Source: an uncultured Gammaproteobacteria bacterium
GTDB taxonomy: Bacteria > Pseudomonadota > Gammaproteobacteria > JACCXJ01
DNA length: 64,000 nucleotides
Assembly: GCA_963764725.1 (NCBI GenBank)
Contig: CAVXTM010000011.1
Location: 256,001-320,000, forward strand
Direction of reading: 5' to 3'
The stretch's first letter is position 1. Each line of letters starts with the position of its first letter. Under the pieces are notes generated by a model that searched no databases, was not told where the DNA came from, and worked only from the letters and a program-made list of their open reading frames with translations. Shown here one piece after another: positions 19,528 to 27,998 of the stretch. The translations under genes were made by a program, and so were the position numbers.

Positions 19528-20190
19528 ATGACTACCACCGTTGAGGTCATTTCCGTCGGCGCTGCTGCTGTCAGCGCTATTGGTGGCGCCCTTGCGGCGT
19601 GGGCTGCCCATAGGTCAGCCGTCTCTGCGCAAGAAGCCCAGACAGCAGCCTTTGACGCGGAGAGGCGCGCCGGTCTGCGGCAGATTGGCCAAATAGCCTC
19701 TGAGCTTCTACTTGAGGGCCGCCGCGTAGAGTCAAGGGCGAATGAAACGAAGCTTGCCTATCAAACGCTTTTCGCCTTCTCCGGATCTACCGGCGGTTCA
19801 CGCCAGAAACTGTACATCTCGCAGGTGGATGAGAAGTTGAAGGGTGCCGAAAAGCGCATTGAATACGCCAAGCTTTTCGCACCAGAGCCAGCCAAGCTGA
19901 AAACGATCCCACTTGATGAGATCGATCGGGTGCAGACAAACGTGCTGGCCACGCTCACTGAAGTACGTGCTCTACGGGAGGATTTCGAGCGTGAATATGC
20001 AGGAGTTGAAGCTCAGTGCAACGGAACGTCATTACAGGGCTTCCGCGCTAATGACGCCCAACAAGGCGCTCCACGCGACGCCCTCGCCCTCCGGGCTCGG
20101 TCGGCGCGCGTGAGCGCCAGCGTTAGGGGTTGCGGGACACCGTTATGCGGCATGACGCGAAGATCACTAGCCAAGAACCTGATGGGATGA
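19528..20190 (+). CDS. Cassette 1: hypothetical protein with N-terminal hydrophobic helix and coiled coil; ORF reads through attC (possible late frameshift)
   Basis: ORF starts 14 bp after the GTT core; lower GC than the backbone. Confidence 0.7.
   Translation: MTTTVEVISVGAAAVSAIGGALAAWAAHRSAVSAQEAQTAAFDAERRAGLRQIGQIASELLLEGRRVESRANETKLAYQTLFAFSGSTGGSRQKLYISQVDEKLKGAEKRIEYAKLFAPEPAKLKTIPLDEIDRVQTNVLATLTEVRALREDFEREYAGVEAQCNGTSLQGFRANDAQQGAPRDALALRARSARVSASVRGCGTPLCGMTRRSLAKNLMG
20056..20128 (+). mobile_element. attC site 1 (73 bp)
   Basis: GCCCAAC...GTTAGGG; GGCGCTCCACGCG / CGCGTGAGCGCC arms with one extrahelical base. Confidence 0.92.
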
Positions 20191-20858
20191 AGGGCAAATA
20201 TAGTTGCCCTGAGTGTCGCCGACAGACCAACCATTCCGTTCTCTCAATCGTGAACTCCAACCACTTTGACGAGAGCGGTTTTGTCCAATTTTGGGACCAC
20301 TACTTGACGGTACGTTGTGACGGGTGCGGGACAGTCAACTTCTGTCACGTCGCAAAGTGCAGCGAAAACGAAGACTACACGGAGCAAGGCACGCCGTTCC
20401 TCGTTCAAGAGAAAAAGCACTATCCGGAGGCGGCTCCCGCGCCAACAGCAACTGTCTACTTCGTTGAGCAAAGCCGCACAGACGGGATTGACAGCCTTCC
20501 GAAAGGCAACTACGACAGTACAAAACTAGGCCAACTTTTAGTTGAGCTTAATCGCGCGTATAACGCGCACTCGTACTTTTCATGTCTGCTTCTGGTACGG
20601 GCTATTGTGGATCACGTGCCTCCAATATTCGGCCAGGCCACTTTCGGCGAGGTCGCAAACAACTACGCGGGTGGCGGCCGGTCTTTCCGCGAGTCTATGC
20701 AACATCTGCACAACTCCTGTCGCAAGTTGGCAGATAGCTCGCTGCACACACAGATTCGCGCGAAGGAATCGGTGCCCACAGTTCAACAGGTAGAGTTTCG
20801 TGCGGACGTTGACGCACTTCTTGGGGAGGTCATTCGTGTTCTACGTGGCAACCCCTAA
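20187..20858 (+). CDS. Cassette 2: Zn-ribbon plus DUF4145/HEPN-like helical domain protein
   Basis: CPEC...CDGC N-terminus; RAIVDHVPPIFG...RKLADSSLH C-terminus; stop codon inside CCCTAAC. Confidence 0.7.
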   Translation: MKGKYSCPECRRQTNHSVLSIVNSNHFDESGFVQFWDHYLTVRCDGCGTVNFCHVAKCSENEDYTEQGTPFLVQEKKHYPEAAPAPTATVYFVEQSRTDGIDSLPKGNYDSTKLGQLLVELNRAYNAHSYFSCLLLVRAIVDHVPPIFGQATFGEVANNYAGGGRSFRESMQHLHNSCRKLADSSLHTQIRAKESVPTVQQVEFRADVDALLGEVIRVLRGNP

Positions 20859-20918
20859 CAAATGCTTTGAGAGGGACGCGGCAACAAAGCGCCGCGCCCC
20901 TCAAGCATACCGTTGGGC
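20853..20918 (+). mobile_element. attC site 2 (66 bp)
   Basis: CCCTAAC-AAATGCTTTGAGAGGGACGCGGC...GCCGCGCCCCTCAAGCAT-ACC-GTTGGGC imperfect palindrome. Confidence 0.92.
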
Positions 20919-20936
20919 AGCGCAGGTTAGGACGAC

Positions 20937-21515
20937 ATGCAACTGAATCCGAGAGCGTTGCATGGGACGTGGGACGACGGCCGCGTTCTGGATCGGCACG
21001 TCAGCAGCAGCGAGTTCATCGGGTACAACGAGTACGGACACCCCCAGTTCGAAAGCACTCGCACGGAGCTCGGCGAGCTGCTCTACAGGCTCAAGTACCG
21101 AGGCGATCAATCGGCTGTCGGGCCAATTGCCAAGGCTGCGAGTGACTTCGTTCGCAGCTGGAACCCCGGGATCGACGTCATCGTTCCTGCATCTCCCAGC
21201 AAGAGCCGGACGGTCCAGCCGCTCTTCCAGATCGCCGATGAACTCGGACGGCTGCTCGAGTTGCCAGTGGACAAGACGAGTGTGCGGAAAACGAAGGCAA
21301 CACCTGAACTAAAGAACGTCGACTACGCGCAACGCGTTGAGTTACTAAAGGAAGCGCACGCACTCGAGGGCGAACGGTTGAGGGGCCGATGCGTTCTACT
21401 CCTCGATGACCTTTACCAGTCTGGCGCGACGATGAATGCGCTGGCTCGTCTTCTCAAGGAATCCGGGGGCGCTTCCGCGGTTTTCGTCCTTGCGTTGACC
21501 AAGACCCGGAGCTGA
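20937..21515 (+). CDS. Cassette 3 gene A: ComF-family phosphoribosyltransferase
   Basis: LYRLKY, VIVPASPS, PRPP loop VLLLDDLYQSGAT. Confidence 0.88.
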   Translation: MQLNPRALHGTWDDGRVLDRHVSSSEFIGYNEYGHPQFESTRTELGELLYRLKYRGDQSAVGPIAKAASDFVRSWNPGIDVIVPASPSKSRTVQPLFQIADELGRLLELPVDKTSVRKTKATPELKNVDYAQRVELLKEAHALEGERLRGRCVLLLDDLYQSGATMNALARLLKESGGASAVFVLALTKTRS

Positions 21516-21517
21516 TC

Positions 21518-22135
21518 ATGGAAGCGGTGTTTCTCGGCGGTTCACGACGGATCTCTCGGCTCAACGACGGCATCAGGTCTAAACTTAATGGCCTCATTGA
21601 CCGTGGCCTTTGGTTCTTTGTCGGGGATGCTAATGGAGCCGACCGTGCCCTGCAGCAACATCTAGCAGATCGGGGTTACGAGCGGGTTGTTGTCTACGCG
21701 GTAGCCGGATCACTTCGCAACAACGTCGGACACTGGAAGGTTTGCCTTGTCGACCCGCCGAAGGGAGCCCGTGGGTTTGAATTCTATTCCGCGAAGGACA
21801 AGCAGATGGCCAATGATGCCTCCTATGGCCTCATGCTTTGGGACGGAAAGAGCCGCGGAACGCTTGAAAATGTTCGCAACCTACTCGTGCAGCGGAAGCC
21901 GGTCGCGGTGCACTTTGGCCCGGAGCGTCGCTTCGTCAGTCTCAGGTCGGGAGAAGACCTCCATAAGCTGGGTCTATCGCTGAAGATCGAGTCGCATCCC
22001 CAGCATGACCTTCCATTCTTCGGCACCCCGGGCACTGCCCAACAAGGCGATGCAGCTGACGGCCGTGGGTCTTCGCTGTCCGGTCGGCCCCAGCCAAGGA
22101 CACGGCGTTCTGCCAGCACGCGTAGGATGCGCTGA
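21518..22135 (+). CDS. Cassette 3 gene B: SLOG-superfamily (Smf/DprA/LOG, YspA-like) Rossmannoid protein
   Basis: VFLGGSR, VGDANGAD, KDKQM, LWDGKSRGT motifs; starts 2 bp after gene A; C-terminus reads into attC3. Confidence 0.78.
   Translation: MEAVFLGGSRRISRLNDGIRSKLNGLIDRGLWFFVGDANGADRALQQHLADRGYERVVVYAVAGSLRNNVGHWKVCLVDPPKGARGFEFYSAKDKQMANDASYGLMLWDGKSRGTLENVRNLLVQRKPVAVHFGPERRFVSLRSGEDLHKLGLSLKIESHPQHDLPFFGTPGTAQQGDAADGRGSSLSGRPQPRTRRSASTRRMR
22037..22113 (+). mobile_element. attC site 3, degenerate right arm
   Basis: GCCCAAC-AAGGCGATGCAGCTGAC is a typical left arm and complements cassette start GTTGGGC; right arm poorly paired, possible GTTCTGC end. Confidence 0.65.
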
Positions 22136-22186
22136 GGTACGAAGCGCATCTGTCGAGTGATCCGCGACTGATGCGCCCCTCCTAAC
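22122..22186. repeat. GTAG-family REP with partial inverted partner
   Basis: GTAG-GATGCGCT-GAGGTACGA-AGCGCATC followed by GATGCGC..TCCTAAC. Confidence 0.65.
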
Positions 22187-22217
22187 GTCGGCACATTCTA
22201 CGATTATTTACTGCCTC

Positions 22218-22298
22218 TTCACGGAAGAGCTGGACTTCATCATCAACTACGACATCAAATATCGCATGGGCCGCAGCGCGGAGGGCAGGGACGGATGA
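22218..22298 (+). pseudogene. C-terminal remnant of an Eco57I-like (type IIG) restriction-modification gene
   Basis: Translates FTEELDFIINYDIKYRMGRSAEGRDG*; stop overlaps the next ATG. Confidence 0.65.
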
Positions 22299-22633
22299 AA
22301 GTGCCGAGCGGCCACATGGCCGTGATCGATCGGGAGAAAATCACCGACTATCTCCTCAACCCCGTGCATCCCGACAATGGTGGCAAGGCCGTTTTCTTCC
22401 AGTCGCTCGGCTTCAGTGGGGAGAACTGGACAACATTATCCGCGGCTTTTCGCAAGCTCGTTGAGATAACGGAGGTCACTAAGAGCGTGGAATCGCCGCA
22501 CGGTTGGAAGTATATTCTGGACGGCCCCATCGACCCCCCGAGCGGCAAGTCGCCATTGGTGCGGACAATATGGATAGTAGATCGGGGACAGAACGCGCCG
22601 CGACTTGTAACGGCCTATCCGTGCGAAGAATGA
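22295..22633 (+). CDS. DUF6883-like protein (putative toxin)
   Basis: KITDYLLNPVHPDNGGKAVFF...PRLVTAYP. Confidence 0.75.
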   Translation: MKVPSGHMAVIDREKITDYLLNPVHPDNGGKAVFFQSLGFSGENWTTLSAAFRKLVEITEVTKSVESPHGWKYILDGPIDPPSGKSPLVRTIWIVDRGQNAPRLVTAYPCEE

Positions 22634-22642
22634 GAGCAAGCC

Positions 22643-22873
22643 ATGATTAAAGAACTTGACCGAGTGGTGCTGACAACGACCGTCCCCGGCGAAGGCCTGG
22701 AAGCAGGTGATGTGGGCACGGTGGTACACGTGTACCGGGACGGAATCGCCTTTGAGGTGGAGTTCACGACGCTCACGGGCGATACCGCCGCTGTCGTGAC
22801 TCTGGAAGCCTCGCAGGTCCGACCCGTGGGCAATCGCGAGATTACGCACGCCCGCGGCTTAGCTGCCGTTTAA
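22643..22873 (+). CDS. DUF4926 protein (putative antitoxin)
   Basis: ELDRVVL..GLEAGDVGTVVHVY..AFEVEF. Confidence 0.85.
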   Translation: MIKELDRVVLTTTVPGEGLEAGDVGTVVHVYRDGIAFEVEFTTLTGDTAAVVTLEASQVRPVGNREITHARGLAAV

Positions 22874-23051
22874 GCGGCGCCGCCCGGGAATGTGGAGTCC
22901 CACGCCATGCAGGTGGTAACTGCGTTGACACCACTATACCTGGATCACAGGCTTTGATAGCCGCGATCGAGACGGCGCTAAGCGCGTCAAACAACGGAGC
23001 GCGTTAGGTCGCGGAGAGACGACAAAATGAAATAAAAGGAGATATTAAGTT

Positions 23052-23636
23052 ATGTCTGATCCATTGATCCGGACAGCTACAGCCGTCGATGCGGAGCAGT
23101 GCGTGGCCGTTCTGACCCTCGCTTTCAGCAGTGATCCTCCTTGCCGCTGGGCATGGCCTGATCCGCAACAGTACTTGGAGGCGTTCCCCCGCTTTGCTCG
23201 AGCATTCGGCGGCGGCGCCATTGATCTTGGAACTGCCCACTATTATACCAGTTTTTCTGGCGTCGCCTTGTGGCTGCCGCCGGCTGCAGTGCCAGATGAG
23301 GAATCCCTGGTGAGGGTCATTCAGGATACGGTAGCCGCTGCACGGAAGGACGCGATGTTCGCGATGTTCGAACAAATGGATTCCTACCACCCTGGTGAAC
23401 CTCACTGGCATCTCCCACTCATCGGGGTCGATCCAGCGTGCCAGGGTCGGGGAATCGGTGCAGCGCTCCAGCGTCACGTCTTGGAGCAGTGCGATCGCAA
23501 ACAGGTGTTGGCCTACCTTGAAGCGACAAGCCCGCGCAACGTTCCCTTATACGAGCGGCTCGGATTTAAGGCGCTAGGCAGTATTCAAGTGGCGGATGCG
23601 CCACCGATTGTTCCGATGGTGCGCAAACCACGCTAA
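23052..23636 (+). CDS. GNAT family N-acetyltransferase
   Basis: IGVDPACQGRGIG acetyl-CoA motif, NVPLYERLGF. Confidence 0.9.
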   Translation: MSDPLIRTATAVDAEQCVAVLTLAFSSDPPCRWAWPDPQQYLEAFPRFARAFGGGAIDLGTAHYYTSFSGVALWLPPAAVPDEESLVRVIQDTVAAARKDAMFAMFEQMDSYHPGEPHWHLPLIGVDPACQGRGIGAALQRHVLEQCDRKQVLAYLEATSPRNVPLYERLGFKALGSIQVADAPPIVPMVRKPR

Positions 23637-23699
23637 GGAACCTCTGCAAAAGCGGATCTAGGTCGACTTGCAACCCCGGGGATGATAGGTGGCCGGCGG

Positions 23700-24503
23700 C
23701 TAGGGCAGGTCTGTCCCCGATTGTCCGCCAAATGCAAAGAAGCGCGTGGCTTGCGCCAGCCAGATGCAGGTGGCCATGCGGCCGGTGAGGCCATCGCGCC
23801 GGTGCGAGAAGAAGCGGTTCGGCTCGTTGTAGGTGCAATGCTCACCTCCGTAAACGCGGGTTACTCCGTACTGTTCGAGGAGCATACGCGCGGCCGCTGT
23901 CAGGTCCAGATACCAATGGCCGGCGCTCGTCGGTTGGAAAGCAGCCGCGAGCGGCTCGGCCAGATCGGTAAACGCCTCGCGCACCTCCTCACCGACTTCG
24001 TAGACCGTGGGACCGATCGCGGGTCCGAGCCAAGCTAGGAGGCGCGACGACGGTCGTTGCATGGCTGCGATGCCGGCGGAAATGATCCCGCGCGCCATCC
24101 CGCGCCACCCGCAATGTAGCGCCGCCACGCGCGTACCGTCACGGTCGCAAAGCAACACCGGCAGGCAATCGGCCGTGAGCACAGCGCACACTATGCCCAC
24201 CGCCGAGGTACAGGTGCCGTCGGCCTGCGGGCCGGCATTCGGGTCGACTGGGTCTATCACCCGGGCGCCATGTTGCTGTTCCAACCAACGCGGTGGAGCG
24301 CCGGTACCCAAAGCCGCATAAAGCGCATTGCGGTTGGCGCGTACCGCCACAGGATCATCCCCCGTGTGCTCGGCGAGGTTGAACGAATCATAGGGCGCCA
24401 GGCTCAAGCCGCCCGCGCGCGTCGTCGCACAGGCGCGAACGCCACGCGGCGCTGGCCAAGCGGGCGTAATCGTAATCGGACTTATCGCCGGAGCGTCCTG
24501 CAC
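23700..24503 (-). CDS. pgeF: Peptidoglycan editing factor / purine nucleoside phosphorylase YfiH
   Basis: VLTADCLPV, HCGWRG, WLGPAIG; downstream of rluD. Confidence 0.92.
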   Translation of the reverse strand: MQDAPAISPITITPAWPAPRGVRACATTRAGGLSLAPYDSFNLAEHTGDDPVAVRANRNALYAALGTGAPPRWLEQQHGARVIDPVDPNAGPQADGTCTSAVGIVCAVLTADCLPVLLCDRDGTRVAALHCGWRGMARGIISAGIAAMQRPSSRLLAWLGPAIGPTVYEVGEEVREAFTDLAEPLAAAFQPTSAGHWYLDLTAAARMLLEQYGVTRVYGGEHCTYNEPNRFFSHRRDGLTGRMATCIWLAQATRFFAFGGQSGTDLP

Positions 24504-25468
24504 GGCCGCCCATCCTCGCTTAAGGCCTCCAAGAGGAGGGCCATATCCGGGGGGAGAGGAGATTGCCATTCCAGCTCGTGTCCGGTCGAGGGGTGCAGCA
24601 GCCGCAGCCGCGATGCGTGCAGCGCCTGGCGTTTGAATTCTTGCAGGGCGCGTGTCAGCGCTGCCGTCGCACCCGACGGCAGCATTAGCCGGCCGCCGTA
24701 GACAGGATCCCCCACGATGGGCATGCGCAGGTGCGCCATATGTACGCGGATCTGATGGGTCCTTCCGGTTTCAAGCTGTAGCCCCAGATGCGTATGCGCG
24801 GGAAACCGGCGCAGCACGCAATAGTGGGTCACGGCTTCCCGTCCTCCCGCGACGACCGCCATGCGCATGCGCTGAACGGGATGCCGGCCGAGCGGTGCGG
24901 ACACCGTGCCACCGGCGACTAACGCACCCCGAACTACCGCATCGTATTCGCGCATGATCCGACGTGCTTTAAGCTCTTTTACCAGGTAAGCGTGCGCGCG
25001 CGGCGAACGCGCGATCACGAGTAAACCGGAGGTCTCTTTGTCGAGCCTATGTACGATACCGGCACGCGGTAGAAGCGCCAGCCCCGGATCGAAATGCAGC
25101 AGCGCGTTGAGCAAGGTGCCTTCACGATTCCCAGCCCCGGGATGCACGACCAATCCCGCGGGTTTGTCGATCACGATGAGGTCGTCATCTTCATGGATTA
25201 TCGCGAGCGCGATCGGCTGCGGTTGCGACCTAACGCACGGCTCGACACTCGGCCAGAGCTCCACCGATTCCCCTCCGCGGAGGATTTCCCGCGGTTTCAC
25301 ACGCCGGTGGTTTACCAGCAGCTTGCCATCGAGGATCCAGCCCTTAAGCGTGGTTCTCGAATAATCGGCGAACAGGCGACTCGCGGCTTGATCGACGCGC
25401 ATGCCGGTGAATTCGCCCGGGATCACCGAGGTGAGGCGCTCCCCGTTCATGCGCTCATCGTTTCGCAT
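24482..25468 (-). CDS. rluD: 23S rRNA pseudouridine synthase D
   Basis: S4 domain, HRLDKETSG, GRTHQIRVH. Confidence 0.96.
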   Translation of the reverse strand: MRNDERMNGERLTSVIPGEFTGMRVDQAASRLFADYSRTTLKGWILDGKLLVNHRRVKPREILRGGESVELWPSVEPCVRSQPQPIALAIIHEDDDLIVIDKPAGLVVHPGAGNREGTLLNALLHFDPGLALLPRAGIVHRLDKETSGLLVIARSPRAHAYLVKELKARRIMREYDAVVRGALVAGGTVSAPLGRHPVQRMRMAVVAGGREAVTHYCVLRRFPAHTHLGLQLETGRTHQIRVHMAHLRMPIVGDPVYGGRLMLPSGATAALTRALQEFKRQALHASRLRLLHPSTGHELEWQSPLPPDMALLLEALSEDGRPCRTLRR

Positions 25469-25552
25469 CCACCCATTGGATCACTGAAACTCGCCCTGGG
25501 ATTTGAATACCAATAGAATGAATGATACGCCCACGCGCTCGCATTGACCCCT

Positions 25553-26329
25553 ATGCGCATCTTGTATCTTCTGATCATCCTCGCGGCGCTCGCCGGTTGT
25601 GCCATCTTCGGTGACGATAAAGAAGATGAAACGGCCGATTGGTCCGCCGAGAAATTATACGCCGAGGGAAAAGAGTCGTTGGAGTCCGAGTACTACACCA
25701 AGGCCGTCGAGTACTACGAGAAGTTGCTCGCCCGGTACCCTTTCGGTGTGCATGCCCAGCAAGCCCAACTCGACCTTGCCTACGCCTACTATAAAAACGA
25801 CGAATCTGCCTCGGCCGTTGCCGCCTGCGACCGATTCATCAAGCTCTACCCGGGCCACTCCCATGTGGATTACGCGTACTATCTGAAGGGATTGGCCAAT
25901 TTTAGTCAGGGCAAGGGACTGACGGAACGCTATTTGCCGGTCGATCCTTCGCAGCGCGATCAAGCCACGGCATTGAAATCGTTTCAAGATTTTTCGGAGC
26001 TTGTTAAACGCTTTCCGAAGAGCCGCTATGTCAAGGATGCGCAGTTACGCATGACGTATCTACGCAACCTGCTGGCGCAGCACGAGATCAATACCGCCCA
26101 TTACTATATGCGCCGCGGAGCCTATGTCGCGGCGGCCAATCGCGCGCGTTACGTAGTCGAGAACTACCAGCGCGCACCGGCCATGCCCGAGGCGCTCTTC
26201 ATGATGGCGAAGGCTTACCGCGTTCTACAGCTCGATGATCTGGCCAAGGATGCGATCCGCGTCCTCGAGATCAATTACCCGAACTACCCGGGCATCAACG
26301 AGCTCAAATCTCTACGGATCAGCGACTAG
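25553..26329 (+). CDS. bamD: Outer membrane assembly lipoprotein BamD
   Basis: LAGC lipobox, TPR motifs, divergent from rluD. Confidence 0.95.
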   Translation: MRILYLLIILAALAGCAIFGDDKEDETADWSAEKLYAEGKESLESEYYTKAVEYYEKLLARYPFGVHAQQAQLDLAYAYYKNDESASAVAACDRFIKLYPGHSHVDYAYYLKGLANFSQGKGLTERYLPVDPSQRDQATALKSFQDFSELVKRFPKSRYVKDAQLRMTYLRNLLAQHEINTAHYYMRRGAYVAAANRARYVVENYQRAPAMPEALFMMAKAYRVLQLDDLAKDAIRVLEINYPNYPGINELKSLRISD

Positions 26330-27953
26330 CGTCGATCTCGGTGTAACCGGAAGTAATCGGATAGCGTCGATCGCGCCCGAACGCCCGCTGGCTGATGCGC
26401 ACCCCGGGCGCCGCTTGACGCCGCTTGTATTCGTTGCGATCCACCATGCGTACCACTTTGGCGACCGTCGCGGCATCGAAGCCGGCCCGGACGATCTCCT
26501 CGGGTGTCTGATCGTCCTCAATATAGCGTTCGAGGATCGGGTCAAGGACCGCGTAGGCTGGGAGGCTATCCTCGTCCTTTTGGCCGGGCGCTAGCTCCGC
26601 CGAGGGCGGCCGATCGAAGACTCGCTGGGGAATGACGGGGGCGATGCGATTGCGCCACGCGGCGAGGCGATAGACGAGCGTCTTCGGCACGTCCTTCAGA
26701 GGGGCAAAGCCTCCGGCCATGTCCCCGTAGAGCGTCGCGTAGCCGACCGCCATCTCGCTCTTATTGCCGGTGGTCAGCACCAGCTTGCCGGTCTTATTCG
26801 AGAAGGCCATCAAAATCACCCCGCGGCACCGCGCTTGAATATTCTCCTCGGTGGTGTCGCGCGGGCGCCCGGCGAACACGGCGCCGAGGCTCTCCTCGAA
26901 GGCCCTCACCGCCGGCTCGATGGAAATCGTATGGTAAGCGACGCCGAGCCGCCGCGCCTCCTCGGCGGCGTCGGTGAGGCTCATCTCGGCGCTAAAGCGC
27001 GAGGGCATCAAGACCGCTTCCACGGCGTCCTTGCTCAAGGCATCCACCGCAATCGCCAGGGTCAAGGCCGAATCGATCCCGCCAGAAAGCCCCAGCACCG
27101 CGCCGCGAAACCCGTTCTTGCGGGCATAATCGCGGGCCCCGAGCACCAGTGCTTGATAGATTCCTTCTTCGTCTTCGCCCGGCGGAACGACCTCGCCCGT
27201 GCGCGGACTCACCGGCCGGCCAGGATCCAGGTCCAGCGGGTAAATGCCTTCGGTGAAATCGGGCACGCGTAGGCAAACGCTGCCATCCGCGTCAAGGACT
27301 GTCGAGCCGCCGTCGAACACCAACTCATCCTGGCCGCCGACTAGATTGACGTAGATGATCGGCAGACCACTCTCATGGCAGGCGTGCTTCAATACCTCCT
27401 CGCGTTCCGCAGCCTTGCCGAGATGGAAGGGCGAGGCGTTGATGTTGAGGATTGCCTGAGCGCCGGCATCGCGCGCCTGCAAGGCGGTGCCGGCGATCCA
27501 GATGTCCTCGCAAATGCTGAGGGCAAACGCGATGCCCTTGATCTCGACGACCTGTGCGCCAGCACCGGGCACGAAGTAACGCTTCTCGTCGAAGACGCCG
27601 TAATTGGGAAGGTGTTGCTTATGATAGGTGGCCCTAATGCGGCCTGTTGCGATCAGAGAACAGGCGTTATAAAGCCGCCCCTCATGCCGCCTCGGGTAGC
27701 CCACCACCAGTTCCACGCCTCGGACTCTCTGGGAGATCTCCGCAAGCGCGCTCTGTACCTGCCGCCAGAGGCTCGGGCGCAGGACGAGGTCTTCGGGCGG
27801 ATAACCGGTGAGCGATAATTCCGGGAATACGACCAGATCGGCCTTCAGCCGGTCACGGGCTTCTTCGGCGGCGGCCAGGATCCGCCGTGCGTTCCCCTGG
27901 ATATCGCCAACCGTGAGGTTCAACTGGGCGAGGGCGATGCGCAGCGATCCCAT
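26319..27953 (-). CDS. nadE: Glutamine-dependent NAD+ synthetase
   Basis: Nitrilase domain (FPELSLTGY, ICED) plus LSGGIDS, NIQAR, TGNKSE. Confidence 0.96.
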   Translation of the reverse strand: MGSLRIALAQLNLTVGDIQGNARRILAAAEEARDRLKADLVVFPELSLTGYPPEDLVLRPSLWRQVQSALAEISQRVRGVELVVGYPRRHEGRLYNACSLIATGRIRATYHKQHLPNYGVFDEKRYFVPGAGAQVVEIKGIAFALSICEDIWIAGTALQARDAGAQAILNINASPFHLGKAAEREEVLKHACHESGLPIIYVNLVGGQDELVFDGGSTVLDADGSVCLRVPDFTEGIYPLDLDPGRPVSPRTGEVVPPGEDEEGIYQALVLGARDYARKNGFRGAVLGLSGGIDSALTLAIAVDALSKDAVEAVLMPSRFSAEMSLTDAAEEARRLGVAYHTISIEPAVRAFEESLGAVFAGRPRDTTEENIQARCRGVILMAFSNKTGKLVLTTGNKSEMAVGYATLYGDMAGGFAPLKDVPKTLVYRLAAWRNRIAPVIPQRVFDRPPSAELAPGQKDEDSLPAYAVLDPILERYIEDDQTPEEIVRAGFDAATVAKVVRMVDRNEYKRRQAAPGVRISQRAFGRDRRYPITSGYTEIDASR

Positions 27954-27998
27954 CGCTCTATGCGCTTCCACCTGCGACGCTGCGCGGGCGTTACGAAG

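Noticed and set aside
22180-22186. TCCTAAC complementary to GTTAGGA at 20926 as an alternative cassette end
   Set aside because: Better explained as the degenerate end of the inverted REP partner; no attC arms follow.
23003-23640. GNAT gene as a fourth cassette (GTTAGGT upstream)
   Set aside because: No complementary ACCTAAC or attC palindrome after the gene and no clear attC before it, so cassette status is unsupported.
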